64,000 bases of DNA from Minisyncoccota bacterium (GCA_039915165.1 JBDSNU010000007.1:16658-80657); one strand, 5' to 3'. Numbered from the stretch's first letter, positions 36,229-46,571 are shown. Numbers and translations: made by a program. The notes: a model not told the origin generated them from the sequence alone.

Positions 36229-37095
36229 TTATTTATGCTCACTTTTTATCTTACCTCCCAATGTGCGCAATTCATCCAATGCAATTGTCGCTTCTTCTTT
36301 GTTTGGTGTCTTGCCATGCCATTCGAATTTGCGTTCGAATTCTTTTACCCCTTTTCCAGGAATTGTGCGAGCAATGATGACTGAAGGTTTTTCAAAAACT
36401 GCCTTTGCTTGATGTACTGCATCGATAATTGCTTGCATGTTATTACCGTCGATTTCTTGCACATGCCAATTGAAACTTTCCCATTTTTTATTTAATGAAT
36501 CCAACGGCATGATGTCTTCTGTATAGCCATCAATCTGAATATTGTTACGATCAACTATGGCGATAAGGTTATGAAGTTTTTCTTTGCCAGCAAGCATCAT
36601 AGCTTCCCAGTTGTTTCCTTCATTGAGTTCACCATCACCGAGTAAGCAATAAATACTGCGTGCTGTAGCAATACCATTATCCATACGGTCAGCTAGCGCC
36701 ATGCCAACTGCTTGTGACAATCCACTCCCTAGTGGCCCTGAACTGTTTTCAAGGTATGGCAAAAATTCACGATGCGGATGTCCTTGCAAACGTGAACCGT
36801 ATTTACGAAGTGTGAGCAGTTCTTCTACAGGGAAATAACCACTGTGTGCCATAGTGGCATAGAGCACCGGACAAATATGTCCATTAGAAAGTACGAGACG
36901 ATCGCGATCTGGCCAAGCAGGATTTTCTGGATCATGACGAAGCAGATCAAAATATAATGCGGTGAATACATCTGCCATGCCAAGCGGCCCAGCAGTGTGT
37001 CCACTTCCCGCCTCAAGCAACATTGAAATAATTGACTGACGAATTTCGTTAGCTTTGAGTGTTAGTTCTCTTGTTGTGAAATCGCGTTGTTGCAT
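36229..37095 (-). CDS. transketolase, N-terminal (TPP-binding) subunit
   Basis: GSGHTAGPLGMADVF TPP-binding motif and GDGELNEG. The start may instead be the Met at 37023, because this ORF overlaps rpe by 34 nt. Confidence 0.85.
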   Translation of the reverse strand: MQQRDFTTRELTLKANEIRQSIISMLLEAGSGHTAGPLGMADVFTALYFDLLRHDPENPAWPDRDRLVLSNGHICPVLYATMAHSGYFPVEELLTLRKYGSRLQGHPHREFLPYLENSSGPLGSGLSQAVGMALADRMDNGIATARSIYCLLGDGELNEGNNWEAMMLAGKEKLHNLIAIVDRNNIQIDGYTEDIMPLDSLNKKWESFNWHVQEIDGNNMQAIIDAVHQAKAVFEKPSVIIARTIPGKGVKEFERKFEWHGKTPNKEEATIALDELRTLGGKIKSEHK

Positions 37096-37778
37096 ACCTT
37101 TTGGAATGCATCCATTGTACCGTGAATATCGCCATTCTGAAATAGTGCAGAACCAATAATCAATTCATCTGCGCCTGCTTGTACTAATTCTGTAGCATTT
37201 TCAAGTGACACTGCCCCATCAACAGCAATGATCATCTCAGGGTACAATGCTTTTACTTTTTTAATTTGTTCAACTACGCGATCATCATACGTTTGCCCTT
37301 GAAATCCTGGATTCTGAATACCCATACATTGAATGCTTTCTATATAAGGAAGGTATGGCTCAATAAGTTTTGGATCAGTAGTAGTACCAATAGCAATACC
37401 AAACGTAATTGCTGTACGAATAATTTCTGGCACTGTTTCAAAAAATGTCAGCGTCTTTTCTAGTTCAAGTCCTTCTACATGAAAGGTAATTTTGGCAGGA
37501 CCAAATGCAATGAACATTTCCATATGCTGAATCGGCTCCTTTACCATTAAATCAAATTCATAGTTCAAACTATCCCAAAAGGGCAATCCCATATCTTCAT
37601 GCATGATTGCTTCAATATTTTCTTCATCTTTGTTGTTAAACAACCAAGTACGGTTTGGGGCAAAGTGACCATCAACAAAATCAATCTGTACACGAGGCAC
37701 GATGTCATATACTTTTTCAACACCCATTTCGATTCCTCGATAGGTATGCGGCAATATTGCAGGAATTATTTTTGTCAT
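37062..37778 (-). CDS. rpe: ribulose-phosphate 3-epimerase
   Basis: IIPAILPH...DFVDGHFAPN and a C-terminal AVDGAV...GADELIIGSA TIM-barrel pattern. Confidence 0.85.
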   Translation of the reverse strand: MTKIIPAILPHTYRGIEMGVEKVYDIVPRVQIDFVDGHFAPNRTWLFNNKDEENIEAIMHEDMGLPFWDSLNYEFDLMVKEPIQHMEMFIAFGPAKITFHVEGLELEKTLTFFETVPEIIRTAITFGIAIGTTTDPKLIEPYLPYIESIQCMGIQNPGFQGQTYDDRVVEQIKKVKALYPEMIIAVDGAVSLENATELVQAGADELIIGSALFQNGDIHGTMDAFQKVCNNAISQQEN

Positions 37779-37779
37779 A

Positions 37780-38232
37780 TTATTTAAATTTAGTTAAGCG
37801 ACGAATATCACGCTCATCATTTGAAAAAGGAATTTCTGACCAGATCGCAATAGCGTTGATTGTTTCTTCAATAGTCACAAACATTGCACCGATTGATAAC
37901 ACATTCGCATTATTATGAGCACGAGACAATGTCAAAATATCTGTCGGGCCACCATAGTACACCGCAGCACGAACTCCTGATACTCGGTTAGCAACCATTG
38001 CTTCGCCTTGCCCCGATGCTCCAAAGATTATCCCTACATCAGTATTGAGCTCAGCACCTCCACTCAAACCAACAGCTTGTGCTGCAGGAGCAATGAAATC
38101 AGGATAGTCATCACGTCCATCAAACACTACCGCGCCATGATCAATAACCTCGAGTCCTTGCTCAAGCAAATATTCTTTTACCGCCTCTTTGTGTTCAAAG
38201 CCGGCGTGATCAGTAGCGAGGTGTATTCTCAT
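37780..38232 (-). CDS. rpiB: ribose-5-phosphate isomerase B
   Basis: MRIHLATDHAGFEHKE...GIIFGASGQGEAMVANR typical of RpiB/LacAB. Confidence 0.85.
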   Translation of the reverse strand: MRIHLATDHAGFEHKEAVKEYLLEQGLEVIDHGAVVFDGRDDYPDFIAPAAQAVGLSGGAELNTDVGIIFGASGQGEAMVANRVSGVRAAVYYGGPTDILTLSRAHNNANVLSIGAMFVTIEETINAIAIWSEIPFSNDERDIRRLTKFK

Positions 38233-38235
38233 AGA

Positions 38236-38508
38236 TTACGCTGCGTCCTTTGTAACAGACTCTAATTGAGCACGGTGTTCTTCAATTTCGTTCATTTCTT
38301 TCTGAATGTCTGAAATTTCTTCTTTATGAGAACTGCCGTCACTTTCCAAATCCTGTAAAGTATTCATTTTTTGCTGTAGTTCATCATAGCGAGCAGTCAA
38401 AGTAAGCATCAGTTCAACTGTATCCTGAGTTTCATTTGCTTGTTCTTGAGAGTTAAGGTGTACTACATTTCCTTCTTCAAAATTTTCGATATTGTTCATT
38501 TGTTCCAT
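38236..38508 (-). CDS. hypothetical acidic coiled-coil protein (90 aa)
   Basis: ORF heading the pentose-phosphate operon. Confidence 0.3.
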   Translation of the reverse strand: MEQMNNIENFEEGNVVHLNSQEQANETQDTVELMLTLTARYDELQQKMNTLQDLESDGSSHKEEISDIQKEMNEIEEHRAQLESVTKDAA

Positions 38509-38628
38509 ATATTAAATGCTTATTTACTAATAGTCGTATGTCACCATTATCTTACCAATCAAGGGTGTTTATAGCAATGTGCAAAAAGAACCCTATAGAG
38601 GGTTCTTTTTATTGATTTACAGTAGAGG

Positions 38629-39663
38629 TTATTTTGTGATTGTCTTCCCTGTCTTGATCACATGATCAACGAGCGTGTAGGTATACCCCATTTCATTATC
38701 ATACCAGCCCATTACTTTTACGAGATTGCCGCCAACAACACGAGTCATTGCCAGGTCAGCGATTGACGCATGACGGTTACCGAGAATATCACTTGAAACA
38801 AGGGGTTCATTAGTCACAGTGAACACTCCTGCCCAACGTGGATCGAGAGATGCTTTTGTGAGAATGTCATTTACTTCTTCAGCAGTAGTATCACGCTTCG
38901 CGATAAAAGTTACATCGACAATAGAGCCTGCGGGTACTGGTACGCGAATAGAAATACCATCAAACAATCCTGTCAGTTCTGGGTATGCTTGTGTTACAGC
39001 TATAGCAGCACCTGTGGAGCTCGGTACGATGTTTTGTGCAGCTGCACGACCTTCGCGAAGATCTTTCTTACTAGGTCCGTCAACGAGTGACTGAGATGCT
39101 GTGTAGCCATGTACTGTATTCAAAATAGCTTTTTCAATACCAAGTGCTTCATTCATGATACCGATCAAAGGACTTGATGCATTGGTAGTACATGAAGCGT
39201 TTGAAGTGATATCACAGGTACCAAACTTATCTTCATTCACCCCCAGCAAAATAGTTGCCGCTTGTTGCGCACCAGCTTCGTCCTTTGCAGGAGCTGAGAT
39301 AACTACACGCTTTGCACCATCAGCAATGTGGAACTGTGCTTTGTCATATGAAGTGAAGAGACCAGTTGATTCAACAACTACATCTACTCCGAGATCTTTC
39401 CAGGGAAGTTTCGTTGTATCTTTTTCAGAAACAAATTTCACCAGCTTGCCATCAATAGACAATCCGCCCTCAACAATAACAACATCATGGCCCCAGTCAC
39501 GATACACTGTGTCGTGACGAAGCAAATATGCCAAACTTTCCAATGTACCTAAGTCATTCACTGCTACGATTTCAATCTCTGGGCGTAGCCACGCAATTTT
39601 TAAAAATGCTCGACCAATACGTCCGAATCCATTAATTGCTACTTTTATTGTTGTTGTATCCAT
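38629..39663 (-). CDS. gap: type I glyceraldehyde-3-phosphate dehydrogenase
   Basis: NGFGRIGR Rossmann motif and the catalytic SNASCTTN. Confidence 0.9.
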   Translation of the reverse strand: MDTTTIKVAINGFGRIGRAFLKIAWLRPEIEIVAVNDLGTLESLAYLLRHDTVYRDWGHDVVIVEGGLSIDGKLVKFVSEKDTTKLPWKDLGVDVVVESTGLFTSYDKAQFHIADGAKRVVISAPAKDEAGAQQAATILLGVNEDKFGTCDITSNASCTTNASSPLIGIMNEALGIEKAILNTVHGYTASQSLVDGPSKKDLREGRAAAQNIVPSSTGAAIAVTQAYPELTGLFDGISIRVPVPAGSIVDVTFIAKRDTTAEEVNDILTKASLDPRWAGVFTVTNEPLVSSDILGNRHASIADLAMTRVVGGNLVKVMGWYDNEMGYTYTLVDHVIKTGKTITK

Positions 39664-39751
39664 ACAACTAGTATATCACTACTTTTTTCATCCCCTCTCA
39701 TATCATTGACAAAAAATGATTTAAATGGTAAGATAAAGAAAACGTAACAGT

Positions 39752-40147
39752 ATGAATATTTGGAAAGAAGCACAGAAAAGCGAAGGAATTATAATTTCAG
39801 AGTATCAATGTACCGTGGAAGAAGGGCTGGCAAATAGTGTGTTTGCATATATTGCATACACTAAACATAAACAAGCGCACATGTTTAAAAGCTCTCTACA
39901 AAACAACTTGGTTACTCCTTTTATGGAGGCAATTAAGGAGAAAAACGGGGACGACGTTTATCCGGCAAAGATCACTATCTTCGAAAATGATCTCTCGCGA
40001 TTTAATATGTCACCACAAGAATTTCTTGAATGTATTTTATGCATTAAAAACATTGTTCAAGATTCTTTAATTATTGTTAAGGAGTTCAATACAAAATATG
40101 AACCACCCAACCCAATCTTTACATTAGAAATTTCCCTTCGCGGCTAA
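39752..40147 (+). CDS. hypothetical protein (131 aa)
   Basis: ORF only. Confidence 0.3.
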   Translation: MNIWKEAQKSEGIIISEYQCTVEEGLANSVFAYIAYTKHKQAHMFKSSLQNNLVTPFMEAIKEKNGDDVYPAKITIFENDLSRFNMSPQEFLECILCIKNIVQDSLIIVKEFNTKYEPPNPIFTLEISLRG

Positions 40148-40186
40148 ACCAAAAGGCTTTGCATATTATATGCAAAGCCTTTTCTA

Positions 40187-41599
40187 TTACATCAGCTCTT
40201 TTAAGAGTTTCGTTGCTACTGCGGGATTGGCACTTCCCTTTGTCGCTTTCATTACCATACCAACAAGTGCTTGCATAACCGCTTCCTTCCCTTCTTTGTA
40301 TTGAATAACCATCGCTTGATTATCCGTAATCACTTGAGCAATCAATGGCTTAAGATCATCTTCATTATTCTGTTGCAATAGTCCTTCTTTTTCTGCAATA
40401 GCTTTTGGTGATGCATCAGTATCTTTTGTAATAACTATCAAAATATCTTTTGCTCCACGTGAAGTGATTTCTCCCGCCGTAATCATTGAAATAAGTTCCG
40501 CGAAATGTTCTCCCTTCGGCAAAACAGCCTCAGGGTCTTTTTTCATAATACCGATAATGTCACTGCTCAAATAGTTTGATGCCATTTGTGCAAATGCTGC
40601 ATCCTTCCCTTCTACTATAGTTTCGAAATAACTAGAGAGGGTTGGGTCTGAAACATGCAGTTCAATATCAGCTTCTTTAATACCAAAGTCCTTTGCATAA
40701 CGAGTACGCTTATCCCACGGCAGCTCTGGCAACGCCGCCTTCATTTCAGCAATAGGAAATGCGCTATGCAATTTCATCTTTGGAAGATCAGGATCTGGGA
40801 AGTACCGATAGTCATGCGCATTTTCTTTTGAACGCTGTGAAAATGTTGATTGTTTTACTTCATCCCATCCGCGAGTTTCTTGCACGATCTCATCGCCGCG
40901 ACCCGCTTCATGCAGTGCAATCATACGAGCAAGTTCATGTTCAATAGCGCGCTCTACACTACGGAATGAGTTCAGGTTCTTCACTTCAACTTTTGTACCA
41001 AACACACCTTCTGTATCAGAAACAGAAATGTTTGGCTCAACGCGCATTTCACCTTTTTCAAGATTGGCCTCTGAAACACCAAGCGTTCGCAATAGTAGTT
41101 GTAATTCTTTGGCAAAGTCAGCGGCATCTTTTGCACTATGAATAACTGGCTCAGTTACCAGTTCCATCAACGGTACACCTGCGCGGTTGTAGTCTACCAA
41201 TGTGAAGTTGCCTCGGTCATGTTTCGAAAGACCGGTATCTTCTTCAAGGTGCACTCGGGTGATACCAAAACCATTAAGTTCTCCACCAGAAACAATTGGA
41301 TATTTATATTGAGAGATTTGATAGCCTTTTGGAATATCAGGATAAAAATAGTTCTTACGATCAAACTCTGTGAAGTCTGCGATAGTAGAGCTTAGCGCCA
41401 AACCAACCTTAATGACTGACTGCACCGCCTGCTTATTAGCCACAGGAAGTGTTCCAGGATGAGCCATACAAATTGGACAAATATTTACGTTAGGATTCAT
41501 TTCATCTGGATCGTTTTTACATGCACAAAACATTTTGCTCTTTGTGTTCAATTCAGCGTGTATTTCCAAGCCAATAACTGGATAGTAGGTTTTGCTCAT
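40187..41599 (-). CDS. gatB: Asp-tRNA(Asn)/Glu-tRNA(Gln) amidotransferase subunit B
   Basis: MSKTYYPVIGLEIHAEL...CPICMAHPGTLP and the C-terminal GatB/YqeY domain. Confidence 0.9.
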   Translation of the reverse strand: MSKTYYPVIGLEIHAELNTKSKMFCACKNDPDEMNPNVNICPICMAHPGTLPVANKQAVQSVIKVGLALSSTIADFTEFDRKNYFYPDIPKGYQISQYKYPIVSGGELNGFGITRVHLEEDTGLSKHDRGNFTLVDYNRAGVPLMELVTEPVIHSAKDAADFAKELQLLLRTLGVSEANLEKGEMRVEPNISVSDTEGVFGTKVEVKNLNSFRSVERAIEHELARMIALHEAGRGDEIVQETRGWDEVKQSTFSQRSKENAHDYRYFPDPDLPKMKLHSAFPIAEMKAALPELPWDKRTRYAKDFGIKEADIELHVSDPTLSSYFETIVEGKDAAFAQMASNYLSSDIIGIMKKDPEAVLPKGEHFAELISMITAGEITSRGAKDILIVITKDTDASPKAIAEKEGLLQQNNEDDLKPLIAQVITDNQAMVIQYKEGKEAVMQALVGMVMKATKGSANPAVATKLLKELM

Positions 41600-41639
41600 G
41601 TGGAGATTATACATGAAATTCTAAAATATTCAGTAGCAC

Positions 41640-41930
41640 TTGACGAATGGAAATTGTGGAGTAGGATTAAGAAAAATATATACATATATGGAGCGTAAAA
41701 AAGCTACGGCTATTGCAAAAACCAAGTCATTATCTTCATTATCATTAAATGAAGACGGTCTAACAAATCAGCGGTTACAAAATCGCTTTGAAAAAGAAAT
41801 AAGTCGTAACAAAAACGACTACCACTCTCTTTTTGAAAGAAGTAACGAATCTGATGAAGATGACGTATCGGCAGAGTTTTACACGGAAATGGTTGAAAGT
41901 GGGTGGAGCCGCCAACAACTAAGCGCGTAA
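41640..41930 (+). CDS. hypothetical protein (96 aa or shorter)
   Basis: ORF followed by a bidirectional terminator at 41940-41985. Confidence 0.3.
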   Translation: MTNGNCGVGLRKIYTYMERKKATAIAKTKSLSSLSLNEDGLTNQRLQNRFEKEISRNKNDYHSLFERSNESDEDDVSAEFYTEMVESGWSRQQLSA

Positions 41931-41981
41931 GCTCGGAACAAAAAACCCCTGATCATAGATATATGGCCAGGGGTTTCTTTA

Positions 41982-42977
41982 TTATTCAGAGACTATTTCA
42001 TCATCCTTCTTAAGGTATTTTACCAATTGATCTTGGAAATCTTTCACCGTCTTGTCATCAAACAATGTTACTGCAAAAACTGGCTTACCGAGTTTTTTAA
42101 ATTTCTTTACTGTTGCATCAATCACTGACTGGTCAACGGTGTCTGTTTTAGTAAGCAAAATGATTTCTTCTTTTTTATCAAGATCAAGTTTACCTTCGAA
42201 TTTTGTCAGCTCATTACGAATAGTTTCGTATGCCTTCATCATGTCTGCTTGTTCGAATGAAATCAGGTGTACCAATACTTTTGTCTTGGAAATGTGACGC
42301 AAGAATTTATGACCGAGTCCCTTGCCTTCACTAGCACCTTCGATCAATCCTGGAATATCAGCAATGATATATCCATAGAGATCTCCTAAGTTTGGATCCA
42401 GTGTAGTAAAAGGATAATCCCCAACCTTTGCTTGAGCATTGGTAATAATATTCAATAGACTAGATTTACCTGCATTAGGAAAACCAATCAGTCCTACATC
42501 TGCAATCAATGAGATCACTACATGGAGTTCTGCTTCTTCACCCGGCCACCCTTTTGTTGCCTTTTCGGGAGCTTGGTTAGTTGAACTTTTGAAGTGTTCA
42601 TTACCAAAGCCACCATTACCACCAGTAAGGATTTTAAATTCTAGTCCTTCTTTATTAAGATCCCATACTTGGCCTGTTGTTACGTTTGTAACAAGTGAGC
42701 CAACTGGGAAATCAATGGTGAGTCGTTCACCATCAGCACCGGTATAACTTCTGTTGCCGCCTGGAGCACCGTCTTCTGCAAAAAATTCCTTGCGACTACG
42801 ATATTGATCAAGTACGCGAAAGCTGCGGACAGCACGAATATACACGTGTCCACCGCGTCCTGCATCGCCGCCATTAGGGCCGCCCTTAGCAATAAACTTC
42901 TCACGACGCCATCGTACTACGCCGTCTCCGCCCTTGCCCGCCTTGGCTTGAATTGTAATTTCATCTAAAAATGCCAT
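41982..42977 (-). CDS. obg: GTPase Obg
   Basis: N-terminal glycine-rich Obg fold (AGKGGDGVVRWRREKF...GGPNGGDAGRGG) and G-domain motifs GFPNAGKSS and DIPG. Confidence 0.9.
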   Translation of the reverse strand: MAFLDEITIQAKAGKGGDGVVRWRREKFIAKGGPNGGDAGRGGHVYIRAVRSFRVLDQYRSRKEFFAEDGAPGGNRSYTGADGERLTIDFPVGSLVTNVTTGQVWDLNKEGLEFKILTGGNGGFGNEHFKSSTNQAPEKATKGWPGEEAELHVVISLIADVGLIGFPNAGKSSLLNIITNAQAKVGDYPFTTLDPNLGDLYGYIIADIPGLIEGASEGKGLGHKFLRHISKTKVLVHLISFEQADMMKAYETIRNELTKFEGKLDLDKKEEIILLTKTDTVDQSVIDATVKKFKKLGKPVFAVTLFDDKTVKDFQDQLVKYLKKDDEIVSE

Positions 42978-43003
42978 ATAGTTATATCAGTTGTGTTGAC
43001 ATC

Positions 43004-43888
43004 CTATAGGATTATTGCCTTTTGAGCAAGTTTGTATACTCCTTCACGTGTTTGCGCCACAGCGATAAAGCGGCCGTTATGACAGAAGATAGCATCTGCG
43101 ACTCCTGACTCATGCTGGAGTTCTATGTCTCTCAAACCAGCCCAACTTTCTGGAAATGGGTGCCGAGCAGCAAATTCTGCTGGTGTAATACGAACAGCTT
43201 TTGCACTCCAGTTCCCGTCTTCGCGCTGATAAATGACAAACAATGGTTCTGGATGATTAGACATTACTTCATACCATCCTGGATACTCTTTTCCGATTTC
43301 AATAATCTGCTTATCAGGTGCAACTGAATATGCTGTTTCTAAAATTGCTTGCGCGTGAGTATAACTAGAAGCATGCGCCATCATTCGCTCCAAAATAGTT
43401 GTTGCGAGATTGACTGCCTCCATAAATGCTTCATCCATAGTACTGTGTTCTTCCCATGTTGTACGCATTGCACTAATAATATCGATGACACTGTAACAAT
43501 AAATTCCATTGTCAGAGACTTTGTTCAGCACGCCATTATCTGCGCCATCGATCCCTTGAACTAACTGTTCATCGATGAACTTGGCACTATCTTCATTACC
43601 ACAAAGCTGTGCGCCATATTCTTTCCATACTAAACCAAATGAAGCATATGGAATACCATTGTCGCGAGTAGCTGCTCCGCCTTTTTGATGGTGATCAAAT
43701 CTTCCTGCTTCGATATCATAGACACCACCGACATCAACGACGATATCAGCCTCATTGATAACGTCTTCATCTCGTGAGCGAACGATTTCTATTTCGCGAT
43801 CTTTGAATGCCAATGAAAGTGTTGCGCAAGCAAATACATCATCGGTATGAAAAGTACCGTCATGAGCAACAATAGTGAGTGGTTCCAT
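43004..43888 (-). CDS. MYG1/UPF0160-family metal-dependent hydrolase
   Basis: TIVAHDGTFHTDDVFA matches the MYG1 N-terminal His/Asp motif. Confidence 0.7.
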   Translation of the reverse strand: MEPLTIVAHDGTFHTDDVFACATLSLAFKDREIEIVRSRDEDVINEADIVVDVGGVYDIEAGRFDHHQKGGAATRDNGIPYASFGLVWKEYGAQLCGNEDSAKFIDEQLVQGIDGADNGVLNKVSDNGIYCYSVIDIISAMRTTWEEHSTMDEAFMEAVNLATTILERMMAHASSYTHAQAILETAYSVAPDKQIIEIGKEYPGWYEVMSNHPEPLFVIYQREDGNWSAKAVRITPAEFAARHPFPESWAGLRDIELQHESGVADAIFCHNGRFIAVAQTREGVYKLAQKAIIL

Positions 43889-43889
43889 A

Positions 43890-44222
43890 TTAATCAATAA
43901 AATGATTAATAATCCAAGTCACGACTGAAATTACAAATGCCCCAATGATTGCTGCAGTAAATGACGCGACCGTGAATCCAGTGATAATCTGAGCCACGAA
44001 CCAGAAGAATGCACCATTGATGACAACAGAAAATAATCCTAATGTCAAAATATTTAATGGCAATGTCAGGATAGTGATAATTGGCTTAACAATTAAGTTT
44101 AAGAATACTAAACATGCCGCAACAATAACGGCAGTAAGAATACTACTTACAGAAATACCTTGAACAAAAAATGGTAGTGCGAAGATTGCGAGAGTAGTAA
44201 TGAACCAGCGAAGTAAAATCAT
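43890..44222 (-). CDS. DUF360/phage-holin-4-like small membrane protein
   Basis: 110 aa with four TM helices and a composition typical of the PF04020 family. Confidence 0.45.
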   Translation of the reverse strand: MILLRWFITTLAIFALPFFVQGISVSSILTAVIVAACLVFLNLIVKPIITILTLPLNILTLGLFSVVINGAFFWFVAQIITGFTVASFTAAIIGAFVISVVTWIINHFID

Positions 44223-44239
44223 ACAAGAATTATATCAGA

Positions 44240-44701
44240 CTAGAACAAGGATTCAACAACTGTCTTCACCACTCCTCCATCTGCTTGTGCGGACTGGGCT
44301 GCAATTTCTTTCATCACCGCACCGGTAAGGATACCTGCCTTTGCAGGGTCAGTAACATTGAGCTCTATTTTCTTCTTTTCAGCGATAGTACGGATATCTG
44401 CTTCACTCATTTGTGCCGGTTGGAATTTTTCCAAAAGTGCCAACTGACTTTTTTCTTCATCAGCCAGGTCAGCACGTCCACCGGCTTCGAACTGTGTAAT
44501 AGCATCTTTGCGCTGTTTAATAAGTTTCAAAATAACCTTCAACGCAATATCGTCACTTACTTCGTCTTGAGGCGTCTTGCCTGCATTTACTAGCTCTGCA
44601 GTAAATGCACTAAGCGCTCCACGGTATGTATCCAATGCTACCTGGTTCTTATCTCGCATCGCTTGTTTCATGTTTTCTCGTACTTCTGTGGCAATTGTCA
44701 T
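44240..44701 (-). CDS. GatB/YqeY-domain protein
   Basis: All-helical protein of about 150 aa with a pattern typical of the YqeY family. Start set at MTIATEV. Confidence 0.75.
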   Translation of the reverse strand: MTIATEVRENMKQAMRDKNQVALDTYRGALSAFTAELVNAGKTPQDEVSDDIALKVILKLIKQRKDAITQFEAGGRADLADEEKSQLALLEKFQPAQMSEADIRTIAEKKKIELNVTDPAKAGILTGAVMKEIAAQSAQADGGVVKTVVESLF

Positions 44702-44733
44702 ATGCTCCGATTGTAACATGTTATAATGACCTT

Positions 44734-45453
44734 ATGAAAATCGTCTTTTTTGATACTGAAACAACAGGCAATGGAACAAAAGATTTCCTTTGCCAATTAG
44801 CAATTATGGAACGTGGTGCCAGTGAACCAATCGTAGATGCGATGTACAAGCCACCAGTACCAATCCCCTTCGAATGTTCAGCTATTCATCACATTTCAAA
44901 CAAAATGGTTGCCGATCGTCCATCTTTTAAAGATGCGCCTGAATACAGCATGCTCAAGGAGTTACTTGAGAGTCCTGATACTATTTGTGTCGCACACAAT
45001 GCAGCATTTGATGATCAAATTTTGAAAAATGATGATATTACTATTAAGAACTTGCTTTGCACATTCAAAACTATCCGCGAACTCGACACAGATGCGCGTT
45101 TCACTATGCATAAATTGCAGTACTTACGTTATGCATTAGATATTGAACTTGATGTTGCATCGCATGAAGCGTTTGCTGATGTATTGGTGCTAGAAAAGTT
45201 ATTTGAATACGAATTGCAAGAAGGTATGACTAAGTGGGGTCTTGATGAAGAAGCTGCAATTGCAAAGATGATTGAGATCACTGCTGAACCACTCGCTATC
45301 AAAACGATCAACTTTGGTAAATACAACGGCAAGACGATTGCGGAAGTGGCCTCACAAGATATCGGCTATCTTTCATGGCTACTGGACCAGAAGCGCAAAA
45401 GTGACAAGGACGAAACAGACTGGATTTATACATTAGAAAAATACGTATCATAA
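44734..45453 (+). CDS. DEDDh 3'-5' exonuclease (DnaQ-like) with C-terminal DUF3820-like domain (ExoX-like)
   Basis: Exo I motif VFFDTETTG, Exo II VAHNAAFD, Exo III H-x4-D (HEAFADV). C-terminal FGKYNGKTIAEVASQDIGYLSWL. Confidence 0.75.
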   Translation: MKIVFFDTETTGNGTKDFLCQLAIMERGASEPIVDAMYKPPVPIPFECSAIHHISNKMVADRPSFKDAPEYSMLKELLESPDTICVAHNAAFDDQILKNDDITIKNLLCTFKTIRELDTDARFTMHKLQYLRYALDIELDVASHEAFADVLVLEKLFEYELQEGMTKWGLDEEAAIAKMIEITAEPLAIKTINFGKYNGKTIAEVASQDIGYLSWLLDQKRKSDKDETDWIYTLEKYVS

Positions 45454-45454
45454 T

Positions 45455-46522
45455 ATGCAAATTATTTTTATTCTTATCGGAGTCTTAGTGGGAGGAGTTG
45501 TGGCATATCTCATTGCCAGTAATAAAAAAACTGAACCGCTTAAGCAAGACGACAGCGCTACGGGCTTTCAACTGTTAATGCAGCAAGTCTCTGAGTTGCA
45601 GCGCACAGTTGACCAGAAACTTGGTGAATCAGAAAAATCTATTCGTGAATCAATGATGCACCAGTCCTCTCAGTCAGCCAGCATTATCAGTGATATCACC
45701 GAGCGGTTAACTCGTCTCGATGAAGGCAATAAACAGGTATTGAACTTTGCTGATCAGCTACGAAACCTGCAAGATATTTTGAAAAATCCTAAACAGCGCG
45801 GAACTATTCTCGGTGAATACTATCTTGAAACCATTCTTTCAAAAGTGTTGCCGCCGAAAACATTTCAGACACAATATAAATTTCAAAATGGTGAAATAGT
45901 TGATGCAGTGGTAATGGTAAAAGATAAAATCATTCCTATCGACTCAAAATTTTCATTGGAAAACTATAACCGTATTATTGAATCCAATCAAAACGGCACA
46001 GACCCTGATCAGTTCGTTAATGAATTCCGCAAAGATATCAAGAAGCGTATCGATGAAACTTCAAAATATATTCGCCCAGCAGAAAATACCTTGGACTTCG
46101 CGTTTATGTTCATTCCTCACGAATCAATTTATTACGACCTATTAGTCGCTGAAGTCGGCAGTATCAAAGTTAATACTCAAGACCTTGTACAATATGCCTT
46201 TGAAAAGAAAGTGATCATTGTTTCCCCTACTTCATTCCTCGCATATCTACAAACTGTATTACAGGGACTACGTGCAATGCAGATTGAAGAAAGTGCTAAG
46301 GATATCGTGAAGCGTGTTGAAGAGCTTGGTAAGCATATGAAAGCCTATGAGGAATACCACAACAAACTTGGTAGCTCACTGAGCACTGTAGTGAATCATT
46401 ATAGTAATGCCGGAAAGGAACTAAAGAAGGTGGACAAGGATGTTATGCGCATCACTGGTTCAAGTAATGAAATTGAGCCCTTGCTCGTAGATATCTCTCC
46501 TATTGAACGAACTACGGAATAA
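45455..46522 (+). CDS. rmuC: DNA recombination protein RmuC
   Basis: N-terminal TM, a long coiled coil, and the C-terminal RmuC nuclease-like region (DAVVMVKDKIIPIDSKFSLENY...FMFIPHESIYY). Confidence 0.85.
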   Translation: MQIIFILIGVLVGGVVAYLIASNKKTEPLKQDDSATGFQLLMQQVSELQRTVDQKLGESEKSIRESMMHQSSQSASIISDITERLTRLDEGNKQVLNFADQLRNLQDILKNPKQRGTILGEYYLETILSKVLPPKTFQTQYKFQNGEIVDAVVMVKDKIIPIDSKFSLENYNRIIESNQNGTDPDQFVNEFRKDIKKRIDETSKYIRPAENTLDFAFMFIPHESIYYDLLVAEVGSIKVNTQDLVQYAFEKKVIIVSPTSFLAYLQTVLQGLRAMQIEESAKDIVKRVEELGKHMKAYEEYHNKLGSSLSTVVNHYSNAGKELKKVDKDVMRITGSSNEIEPLLVDISPIERTTE

Positions 46523-46523
46523 T

Positions 46524-46563
46524 AAAAAACCACCCTTCAACTACGTTCAGGGTGGTTTTTATT
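46524..46563. terminator. bidirectional intrinsic terminator (AACCACCCT/GGGTGGTT)
   Basis: Stem flanked by A5 and T5. Confidence 0.6.
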
Positions 46564-46571
46564 ATTAGTAG

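Noticed and set aside
36229-37095. Transketolase halves as a pseudogene split by an insertion
   Set aside because: Both halves are intact and full-length for the two-subunit form known from archaea and some bacteria, each with its own start codon. The intervening ORF is in frame-independent overlap with tkt-C and does not interrupt a once-continuous reading frame.
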